64,000 bases of DNA from Phaeosaccion multiseriatum (lineage: Eukaryota; Protista; Ochrophyta, other classes). The position numbers were made by a program, and so were the translations under genes. Position 1 is the first letter of the stretch, and every line of letters starts with the position of its first letter. Shown here piece after piece: positions 49,801-61,386 of this stretch. The stretch is from positions 2,294,001 to 2,358,000 of the forward strand of contig OZ218955.1 of NCBI GenBank assembly GCA_965112735.1, written 5' to 3'. The notes beneath the pieces were generated by a model. It saw nothing but the letters and a program-made list of their open reading frames with translations, did not search any database and was not told where the DNA came from.

Positions 49801-52800
49801 GAGGCATTTGCTGGCCACACCATGCCCGCGCAGGCCGATGCATGACTGCGACTGGCCCCACCGACACACCACATGGCCACAACGCCGCCGAGTTGGAAGT
49901 GGCATGGGCCCAAAACGCCCAATCTGGCCCCTCACTGGACCCAAAGCCGGGGTTCAATTGTGGGGCCCAAACAGCCCAAACGAGGCATTTGCTGGCCCCA
50001 CCATACCCGCGCAGGCCATTGGATGACTACGACTGGCCCAACCGACACACTACATTGCCACAACCTTGCCAAGTTGGAACTGGCATGGGCCCAAAACGCC
50101 CAATCTGGCCCCTCACTGGACCCAAAGCCGGGGTTTGTGGGGCCCAAACAGCCCAAACGAGGCATTTGCTGGCCACACCATACCCGCGCAGGCCGATGCG
50201 TGACTGCGACTGGCCCAACCGACACACCACATGGCCACAACGTCGCCAAGTTGGAACTGGCATGGGCCCAAAACGCCCAATCTGGCCCCTCACTGGACCC
50301 AAAGCCGGGGTTTGTGGGGCCCAAACAGCCCAAACGAGGCATTTGCTGGCCACACCATACCCGCGCAGGCCGATGCATGACTGCGACTGGCCCAACCGAC
50401 ACACCACATGGCCACAACGCTGCCAAGTTGGAACTGGCATGGGCCCAAAACGCCCAATCTGGCCCCTCACTGGACCCAAAGCCGGGGTTTGTGGGTTCTA
50501 ACCAGCCCAAACGAGGTATTTGCTCTCAACACCATGCCCGCGCAGGCCATTGGACGACTGCGACTGGCCCAACCGACACACCAGATGGCCACAACGCCGC
50601 CAAGTTGGAAGTGGCATGGGCCCAAAACGCCCAATCTGGCCCCTCGAGGGACCCAAAGCCATCAGGGTTTGTGGTGGCCCAAACAGCCCAAACGAGGCAT
50701 TTAATGGCCACACCATGCCCGCGCAGGCCGATGCATGACTGCGACTGGCCCCACCGACACACCAGATGGCCACAACGCCGCCGAGTTGGAAGTGGCATGG
50801 GCCCAAAACGCCCAATCTGGCCCCTCACTGGACCCAAAGCCGGAGTTTGTGGGGCCCAAACAGCCCAAACAAGGCATTTGCTGGCCACACCATGCCCGCG
50901 CAGGAGACTGGACGACTGCGACTGGCCTAACCGACACACTACATAGCCACAACGTCGCCAAGTTGGAACTGACATGGGCCCAAAACGCCCAATCTGGCCC
51001 CTCACTGGACCCAAAGCCGGGGTTTGTCGGGCCCAAACAGCCCAAACGAGGCATTTGCTGGCCACACCATACCCGTGCAGGCCGATGCGTGACTGCGACT
51101 GGCCCAACCGACACACTACATGGCCACAACGCCGCCAAGTTGGAACTGGCACGGGCCCAAAACGACTCAAGACCGGGGTTTGTGGGGCCCAAACAGCCCA
51201 AACGAGGCATTTGCTGGCCACACCATGCCCGCGTAGGAGACTGGACGACTGCGACTGGCCTAACCGACACACTACATAGCCACAACGTCGCCAAGTTGGA
51301 ACTGACATGGGCCCAAAACGCCCAATCTGGCCCCTCACTGGACCCAAAGCCGGGGTTTGTCGGGCCCAAACAGCCCAAACGAGGCATTTGCTGGCCACAC
51401 CGTGCCCGCGCAGGAGACTGGACGACTGCGACTGGCCCAACCGACACACTACATGGCCACAACGTCGCCAAGTTGGAACTGGCATGGGCCTAAAACGCCC
51501 AATCTGGCCCCTCACTGGACCCAAAGCCGGGGTTTGTGGGGCCCAAACAGCCCAAACGAGGCATTTGCTGGCCACACCATACCCGCGCAGGCCGATGCAT
51601 GACTGCGACTGGCCCCACCGACACACCACATGGCCACAACGCCGCCGAGTTGGAAGTGGCATGGGCCCAAAACGCCCAATCTGGCCCCTCACTGGACCCA
51701 AAGCCGGGGTTTGTGGGGCCCAAACAGCCCAAACGAGGCATTTGCTGGCCACACCATGCCCGCGCAGGGCGATGCATGACTGCGACTGGCCCCACCGACA
51801 CACCACATGGCCACAACGCCGCCGAGTTGGAAGTGGCATGGGCCCAAAACGCCCAATCTGGCCCCTCACTGGACCCAAAGCCGGGGTTTGTGGGGCCCAA
51901 ACAGCCCAAACGAGGCATTTGCTGGCCACACCGTGCCCGCGCAGGAGACTGGACGACTGCGACTGGCCTAACCGACACACTACATGGCCACAACGTCGCC
52001 AAGTTGGAACTGGCATGGGCCCAAAACGCCCAATCTGGCCCCTCACTGGACCCAAAGCCGGGGTTTGTGGGGCCCAAACAGCCCAAACGAGGCATTTGCT
52101 GGCCACACCATACCCGCGCAGGCCGATGCATGACTGAGACTGTCCCAACCGACACACCACATGGCCACAACCCTGCCAAGTTGGAATTGGCATGGGCCCA
52201 AAACGCCCAATCTGGCCCCTCACTGGACCCAAAGCCGGGGTTTGTGGGGCCCAAACAGCCCAAACGAGGCATTTGCTGGCCACACCATACCCGCGCAGGC
52301 CGATGCATGACTGCGACTGGCCCAACCGACACACCACATGGCCACAACGTCGCCAAGTTGGAACTGGCATGGGCCCAAAACGCCCAATCTGGCCCCTCAC
52401 TGGACCCAAAGCCGGGGTTTGTGGGGCCCAAACAGCCCAAACGAGGCATTTGCTGGCCACACCATACCCGCGCAGGGCGATGCGTGACTGCGACTGGCCC
52501 AATCGACACACTACATGGCCACAACGCCGCCAAGTTGGAGCTGGCATGGGCCCAAAACGCCAGATCTGGCCCCTCACTGGACCCAAAGCCAGGGTTTGTC
52601 GGGCCCAAACAGCCCAAACGAGGCATTTGCTGGCCACACCGTGCCCGCGCAGGAGACTGGACGACTGCGACGGGCCTAACCGACACACCACATGGCCACA
52701 ACTCCGCTAATTCGGAACTGGCATGGGCCCAAAACGCCCAATCTGGCCCCTCACTGGACCCAAAGCCGGGGTTTGTGGGTTCTAACCAGCCCAAACGAGG

Positions 52801-55800
52801 TTTTTGCTCTCAACACCATGCCCGCGCAGGCCATTGGACGACTGCGACTGGCCCAACCGACACACCAGATGGCCACAACGCCGCCAAGTTGGAGGTGGCA
52901 TGGGCCCAAAACGCCCAATCTGGCCCCTCGAGGGACCCAAAGCCATCAGGGTTTGTGGTGGCCCAAACAGCCCAAACGAGGCATTTAATGGCCACACCAT
53001 GCCCGCGCAGGCCGATGCATGACTGCGACTGGCCCAACCGACACACCACATGGCCACAACGCCGCCGAGTTGGAAGTGGCATGGGCCCAAAACGCCCAAT
53101 CTGGCCCCTCACTGGACCCAAAGCCGGGGTTTGTGGGGCCCAAACAGCCCAAACGAGGCATTTGCTGGCCACACCATGCCCGCGCAGGGCGATGCATGAC
53201 TGCGACTGGCCCCACCGACACACCACATGGCCACAACGCCGCCGAGTTGGAACTGGCATGGGCCCAAAACGCCCAATCTGGCCCCTCACTGGACCCAAAG
53301 CCGGGGTTTGTGGGGCCCAAACAGCCCAAACGAGGCATTTGCTGGCCACACCGTGCCCGCGCAGGAGACTGGACGACTGCGACTGGCCAAACCGACACAC
53401 TACATGGCCACAACGTCGCCAAGTTGGAACTGGCATGGGCCCAAAACGCCCAATCTGGCCCCTCACTGGACCCAAAGCCGGGGTTTGTGGGGCCCAAACA
53501 GCCCAAACGAGGCATTTGCTGGCCACACCATACCCGTGCAGGCCGATGCGTGACTGCGACTGGCCCAACCGACACACTACATGGCCACAACGCCGCCAAG
53601 TTGGAACTGACATGGGCCCAAAACGACTCAAGACCGGGGTTTGTGGGGCCCAAACAGCCCAAACGAGGCATTTGCTGGCCACACCATGCCCGCGTAGGAG
53701 ACTGGACGACTGCGACTGGCCTAACCGACACACTACATGGCCACAACGTCGCCAAGTTGGAACTGACATGGGCCCAAAACGCCCAATCTGGCCCCTCACT
53801 GGACCCAAAGCCGGGGTTTGTGGGTTCTAACCAGCCCAAACGAGGTTTTTGCTCTCCACACCATGCCCGCGCAGGCCATTGGACGACTGCGACTGGCCCA
53901 ACCGACACACTACATGGCCACAACGTCGCCAAGTTGGAACTGGCATGGGCCTAAAACGCCCAATCTGGCCCCTCACTGGACCCAAAGCCGGGGTTTGTGG
54001 GGCCCAAACAGCCCAAACGAGGCATTTGCTGGCCACACCATGCCCGCACAGGCCGATGCATGACTGCGACTGGCCCCACCGACACACCACATGGCCACAA
54101 CGCCGCCGAGTTGGAAGTGGCATGGGCCCAAAACGCCCAATCTGGCCCCTCACTGGACCCAAAGCCGGGGTTCAATTGTGGGGCCCAAACAGCCCAAACG
54201 AGGCATTTGCTGGCCCCACCATACCCGCGCAGGCCATTGGATGACTACGACTGGCCCAACCGACACACTACATTGCCACAACCTTGCCAAGTTGGAACTG
54301 GCATGGGCCCAAAACGCCCAATCTGGCCCCTCACTGGACCCAAAGCCAGGGTTTGTGGGGCCCAAACAGCCCAAACGAGGCATTTGCTGGCCACACCATG
54401 CCCGCGCAGGCCGATGCGTGACTGCGACTGGCCCAACCGACACACCACATGGCCACAACGTCGCCAAGTTGGAACTGGCATGGGCCCAAAACGCCCAATC
54501 TGGCCCCTCACTGGACCCAAAGCCGGGGTTTGTGGGGCCCAAACAGCCCAAACGAGGCATTTGCTGGCCACACCATACCCGCGCAGGCCGATGCATGACT
54601 GCGACTGTCTAAACCGACACACCACATGGCCACAACCTTGCCAAGTTGGAACTGGCATGGGCCCAAAACGCCCAATCTGGCCCCTCACTGGACCCAAAGC
54701 CGGGGTTTGTGGGGCCCAAACAGCCCAAACGAGGCATTTGCTGGCCACACCATACCCGCGCAGGCCGATGCATGACTGCGACTGGCCCCACCGACACACC
54801 ACATGGCCACAACGCCGCCGAGTTGGAAGTGGCATGGGCCCAAAACGCCCAATCTGGCCCCTCAATGGACCCAAAGCCGGGGTTTGTGGGGCCCAAACAG
54901 CCCAAACGAGGCATTTGCTGGCCACACCATGCCCGCGCAGGGCGATGCATGACTGCGACTGGCCCCACCGACACACCACATGGCCACAACGCCGCCGAGT
55001 TGGAAGTGGCATGGGCCCAAAACGCCCAATCTGGCCCCTCACTGGACCCAAAGCCGGGGTTTGTGGGGCCCAAACAGCCCAAACGAGGCATTTGCTGGCC
55101 CCACCATACCCGCGCAGGCCGATGCATGACTGCGACTGTCTAAACCGACACACCACATGGCCACAACGTCGCCAAGTTGGAACTGGCATGGGCCCAAAAC
55201 GCCCAATCTGGCCCCTCACTGGACCCAAAGCCGGGGTTTGTGGGGCCCAAACAGCCCAAACGAGGCATTTGCTGGCCACACCATACCCGCGCAGGCCGAT
55301 GCATGACTGCGACTGGCCCCACCGACACACCACATGGCCACAACGCCGCCGAGTTGGAAGTGGCATGGGCCCAAAACGCCCAATCTGGCCCCTCACTGGA
55401 CCCAAAGCCGGGGTTTGTGGGGCCCAAACAGCCCAAACGAGGCATTTGCTGGCCACACCATGCCCGCGCAGGGCGATGCATGACTGCGACTGGCCCAACC
55501 GAAACACCACATGGCCACAACGCCGCCGAGTTGGAAGTGGCATGGGCCCAAAACGCCCAATCTGGCCCCTCACTGGACCCAAAGCCGGGGTTTGTGGGGC
55601 CCAAACAGCCCAAACGAGGCATTTGCTGGCCACACCATGCCCGCGCAGGAGACTGGACGACTGCGACTGGCCTAACCGACACACTACATGGCCACAACGT
55701 CGCCAAGTTGGAACTGGCATGGGCCCAAAACGCCCAATCTGGCCCCTCACTGGACCCAAAGCCGGGGTTTGTGGGGCCCAAACAGCCCAAACGAGGCATT

Positions 55801-55902
55801 TGCTGGCCACACCATACCCGTGCAGGCCGATGCGTGACTGCGACTGGCCCAACCGACACACTACATGGCCACAACGCCGCCAAGTTGGAACTGGCATGGG
55901 CC

Positions 55903-56619
55903 ATAGGGGGATAAACTTTTCATTAAGAGTGCAGTCCTGAGAGGGACTCACCTCGGGGCACACAGTGCCTACGGGGTGTCGCTTCCCTGACGGGGGCGAG
56001 CACGGGCCTTTGGGGGCAGCGGTTCCGAGGAGCCGCTCATCCCCCCCTTAACTACTGAGTATCTAACTACTATGTACTAAACTAATCTAGATGGGTGGGT
56101 GGGTGGAGAAAGAAAAAACCTTTTGCCCGGCGAGAGCTCCATACTACACCAGGCTAAGGGTCTCTCACTTCTACTAGATGCGTGTGCGTAGCGCAAGCCC
56201 TTGCGACAGTTAGCATTGGGGGCACCTCTTGTGTTTGCGACAGTTAGCATGACACAAGTAAGCACACAGCACCTTCACCCTCACAAGAGAAGCAGTCGGG
56301 CCCTACTGCGATCCTTGCTTTCCTACACCATCGGTCTCTACTCTCCTCCCTGCTTGTACACGCTCCCGCACCTGCTCTCTATCTCCTTCAATCACTGTAG
56401 GGTGGCGAGTACAGCAGGGCTCCTCCTCTTCTGAGCTCCAGCGGAAAATCCAAATCCGTTGTTTTCCATCTGCTGCCATAAATATATTCTATCCTACCAG
56501 CCCCCCTCGGGGTCCACACACGCGCTCACGCTCCACCCTCCTCGGCTCTCAATACCCTGTTTATCCGTCGACTCCACTCCGCGAGAACAGAACTTCCGTG
56601 GCTTCGCTGCTGAAGCAGC
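55903..56619. mobile_element. 717-bp non-satellite element in the array, copy 1
   Basis: Sharp junctions GGGCC|ATAGGGGG and GAAGCAGC|GCCCGCGCAGG; essentially the same sequence at 58287 and 60667. Confidence 0.85.
55906..56045 (+). ncRNA. Candidate structured RNA module (four-way junction plus hairpin, closed by a terminal stem); family unknown
   Basis: Hand-folded helices with several G-U pairs on the + strand and a GAGA tetraloop; expression not shown. Confidence 0.4.
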
Positions 56620-58286
56620 GCCCGCGCAGGAGACTGGACGACTGCGACTGGCCTAACCGACACACTACATGGCCACAACGTCGCCAAGTTGGAACTGGCA
56701 TGGGCCCAAAACGCCCAATCTGGCCCCTCACTGGACCCAAAGCCGGGGTTTGTGGGGCCCAAACAGCCCAAACGAGGCATTTGCTGGCCACACCATACCC
56801 GTGCAGGCCGATGCGTGACTGCGACTGGCCCAACCGACACACTACATGGCCACAACGCCGCCAAGTTGGAGCTGGCATGGGCCCAAAACGACTCAAGACC
56901 GGGGTTTGTGGGGCCCAAACAGCCCAAACGAGGCATTTGCTGGCCACACCATGCCCGCGTAGGAGACTGGACGACTGCGACTGGCCTAACCGACACACTA
57001 CATGGCCACAACGTCGCCAAGTTGGAACTGACATGGGCCCAAAACGCCCAATCTGGCCCCTCACTGGACCCAAAGCCGGGGTTTGTCGGGCCCAAACAGC
57101 CCAAACGAGGCATTTGCTGGCCACACCGTGCCCGCGCAGGAGACTGGACGACTGCGACTGGCCCAACCGACACACTACATGGCCACAACGTCGCCAAGTT
57201 GGAACTGGCATGGGCCTAAAACGCCCAATCTGGCCCCTCACTGGACCCAAAGCCGGGGTTTGTGGGGCCCAAACAGCCCAAACGAGGCATTTGCTGGCCA
57301 CACCATGCCCGCGCAGGCCGATGTATGACTGCGACTGGCCCCACCGACACACCACATGGCCACAACGCCGCCGAGTTGGAAGTGGCATGGGCCCAAAACG
57401 CCCAATCTGGCCCCTCACTGGACCCAAAGCCGGGGTTCAATTGTGGGGCCCAAACAGCCCAAACGAGGCATTTGCTGGCCCCACCATACCCGCGCAGGCC
57501 ATTGGATGACTACGAATGGCCCAACCGACACACTACATTTCCACAACCTTGCCAAGTTGGAACTGGCATGGGCCCAAAACGCCCAATCTGGCCCCTCGAG
57601 GGACCCAAAGCCATCAGGGTTTGTGGTGGCCCAAACAGCCTAAACGAGGCATTTGCTGGCCACACCATGCCCGCGCAGGCCGATGCATGACTGCGACTGG
57701 CCCCACCGACACACCACATGGCCACAACGCCGCCGAGTTGGAAGTGGCATGGGCCCAAAACGCCCAATCTGGCCCCTCACTGGACCCAAAGCCGGGGTTT
57801 GTGGGGCCCAAACAGCCCAAACGAGGCATTTGCTGGCCACACCATGCCCGCGCAGGGCGATGCATGACTGCGACTGGCCCCACCGACACACCACATGGCC
57901 ACAACGCCGCCGAGTTGGAAGTGGCATGGGCCCAAAACGCCCAATCTGGCCCCTCACTGGACCCAAAGCCGGGGTTTGTGGGGCCCAAACAGCCCAAACG
58001 AGGCATTTGCTGGCCACACCGTGCCCGCGCAGGAGACTGGACGACTGCGACTGGCCTAACCGACACACTACATGGCCACAACGTCGCCAAGTTGGAACTG
58101 GCATGGGCCCAAAACGCCCAATCTGGCCCCTCACTGGACCCAAAGCCGGGGTTTGTGGGGCCCAAACAGCCCAAACGAGGCATTTGCTGGCCACACCATA
58201 CCCGTGCAGGCCGATGCGTGACTGCGACTGGCCCAACCGACACACTACATGGCCACAACGCCGCCAAGTTGGAACTGGCATGGGCC

Positions 58287-59003
58287 ATAGGGGGATAAAC
58301 TTTTCATTAAGAGTGCAGTCCTGAGAGGGACTCACCTCGGGGCACACAGTGCCTACGGGGTGTCGCTTCCCTGACGGGGGCGAGCACGGGCCTTTGGGGG
58401 CAGCGGTTCCGAGGAGCCGCTCATCCCCCCCTTAACTACTGAGTATCTAACTACTATGTACTAAACTAATCTAGATGGGTGGGTGGGTGGAGAAAGAAAA
58501 AACCTTTTGCCCGGCGAGAGCTCCATACTACACCAGGCTAAGGGTCTCTCACTTCTACTAGATGCGTGTGCGTAGCGCAAGCCCTTGCGACAGTTAGCAT
58601 TGGGGGCACCTCTTGTGTTTGCGACAGTTAGCATGACACAAGTAAGCACACAGCACCTTCACCCTCACAAGAGAAGCAGTCGGGCCCTACTGCGATCCTT
58701 GCTTTCCTACACCATCGGTCTCTACTCTCCTCCCTGCTTGTACACGCTCCCGCACCTGCTCTCTATCTCCTTCAATCACTGTAGGGTGGCGAGTACAGCA
58801 GGGCTCCTCCTCTTCTGAGCTCCAGCGGAAAATCCAAATCCGTTGTTTTCCATCTGCTGCCATAAATATATTCTATCCTACCAGCCCCCCTCGGGGTCCA
58901 CACACGCGCTCACGCTCCACCCTCCTCGGCTCTCAATACCCTGTTTATCCGTCGACTCCACTCCGCGAGAACAGAACTTCCGTGGCTTCGCTGCTGAAGC
59001 AGC
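58287..59003. mobile_element. 717-bp element, copy 2
   Basis: Same sequence and junctions as copy 1, offset 2384 bp. Confidence 0.85.
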
Positions 59004-60666
59004 GCCCGCGCAGGAGACTGGACGACTGCGACTGGCCTAACCGACACACTACATGGCCACAACGTCGCCAAGTTGGAACTGGCATGGGCCCAAAACGCCC
59101 AATCTGGCCCCTCACTGGACCCAAAGCCGGGGTTTGTCGGGCCCAAACAGCCCAAACGAGGCATTTGCTGGCCACACCATACCCGTGCAGGCCGATGCGT
59201 GACTGCGACTGGCCCAACCGACACACTACATGGCCACAACGCCGCCAAGTTGGAGCTGGCATGGGCCCAAAACGACTCAAGACCGGGGTTTGTGGGGCCC
59301 AAACAGCCCAAACGAGGCATTTGCTGGCCACACCATGCCCGCGTAGGAGACTGGACGACTGCGACTGGCCTAACCGACACACTACATGGCCACAACGTCG
59401 CCAAGTTGGAACTGACATGGGCCCAAAACGCCCAATCTGGCCCCTCACTGGACCCAAAGCCGGGGTTTGTCGGGCCCAAACAGCCCAAACGAGGCATTTG
59501 CTGGCCACACCGTGCCCGCGCAGGAGACTGGACGACTGCGACTGGCCCAACCGACACACTACATGGCCACAACGTCGCCAAGTTGGAACTGGCATGGGCC
59601 TAAAACGCCCAATCTGGCCCCTCACTGGACCCAAAGCCGGGGTTTGTGGGGCCCAAACAGCCCAAACGAGGCATTTGCTGGCCACACCGTGCCCGCGCAG
59701 GAGACTGGACGACTGCGACGGGCCTAACCGACACACCACATGGCCACAACTCCGCCAATTCGGAACTGGCATGGGCCCAAAACGCCCAATCTGGCCCCTC
59801 ACTGGACCCAAAGCCGAGGTTTGTGGGTTCTAACCAGCCCAAACGAGGTATTTGCTCTCAACACCATGCCCGCGCAGGCCATTGGACGACTGCGACTGGC
59901 CCAACCGACACACCAGATGGCCACAACGCCGCCAAGTTGGAAGTGGCATGGGCCCAAAACGCCCAATCTGGCCCCTCGAGGGACCCAAAGCCATCAGGGT
60001 TTGTGGTGGCCCAAACAGCCTAAACGAGGCATTTGCTGGCCACACCATGCCCGCGCAGGCCGATGCATGACTGCGACTGGCCCCACCGACACACCACATG
60101 GCCACAACGCCGCCGAGTTGGAAGTGGCATGGGCCCAAAACGCCCAATCTGGCCCCTCACTGGACCCAAAGCCGGGGTTTGTGGGGCCCAAACAGCCCAA
60201 ACGAGGCATTTGCTGGCCACACCATGCCCGCGCAGGGCGATGCATGACTGCGACTGGCCCCACCGACACACCACATGGCCACAACGCCGCCGAGTTGGAA
60301 GTGGCATGGGCCCAAAACGCCCAATCTGGCCCCTCACTGGACCCAAAGCCGGGGTTTGTGGGGCCCAAACAGCCCAAACGAGGCATTTGCTGGCCACACC
60401 GTGCCCGCGCAGGAGACTGGACGACTGCGACTGGCCTAACCGACACACTACATGGCCACAACGTCGCCAAGTTGGAACTGGCATGGGCCCAAAACGCCCA
60501 ATCTGGCCCCTCACTGGACCCAAAGCCGGGGTTTGTGGGGCCCAAACAGCCCAAACGAGGCATTTGCTGGCCACACCATACCCGTGCAGGCCGATGCGTG
60601 ACTGCGACTGGCCCAACCGACACACTACATGGCCACAACGCCGCCAAGTTGGAACTGGCATGGGCC

Positions 60667-61386
60667 ATAGGGGGATAAACTTTTCATTAAGAGTGCAGTC
60701 CTGAGAGGGACTCACCTCGGGGCACACAGTGCCTACGGGGTGTCGCTTCCCTGACGGGGGCGAGCACGGGCCTTTTGGGGGCAGCGGTTCCGAGGAGCCG
60801 CTCATCCCCCCCCTTAACTACTGAGTATCTAACTACTATGTACTAAACTAATCTAGATGGGTGGGTGGGTGGAGAAAGAAAAAACCCTTTTGCCCGGCGA
60901 GAGCTCCATACTACACCAGGCTAAGGGTCTCTCACTTCTACTAGATGCGTGTGCGTAGCGCAAGCCCTTGCGACAGTTAGCATTGGGGGCACCTCTTGTG
61001 TTTGCGACAGTTAGCATGACACAAGTAAGCACACAGCACCTTCACCCTCACAAGAGAAGCAGTCGGGCCCTACTGCGATCCTTGCTTTCCTACACCATCG
61101 GTCTCTACTCTCCTCCCTGCTTGTACACGCTCCCGCACCTGCTCTCTATCTCCTTCAATCACTGTAGGGTGGCGAGTACAGCAGGGCTCCTCCTCTTCTG
61201 AGCTCCAGCGGAAAATCCAAATCCGTTGTTTTCCATCTGCTGCCATAAATATATTCTATCCTACCAGCCCCCCTCGGGGTCCACACACGCGCTCACGCTC
61301 CACCCTCCTCGGCTCTCAATACCCTGTTTATCCGTCGACTCCACTCCGCGAGAACAGAACTTCCGTGGCTTCGCTGCTGAAGCAGC
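60667..61386. mobile_element. ~720-bp element, copy 3
   Basis: Same sequence and junctions; the only differences noticed are homopolymer lengths. Confidence 0.85.

Noticed and set aside
55935-56050. Polypurine tract plus short LTR on the minus strand (AAGGGGGGGA-TGAG...CTCA)
   Set aside because: No paired LTR, primer-binding site or short TSD, and the element continues past the putative CA end.
55903-56619. 5S rRNA, tRNA, U1 snRNA, hammerhead or HDV ribozyme, or telomerase RNA identity for the insert
   Set aside because: Diagnostic motifs were not found (no CUGANGA plus GAAA, no HDV P1.1/J4-2 arrangement, no T-loop, no Sm site, no clear telomere template).
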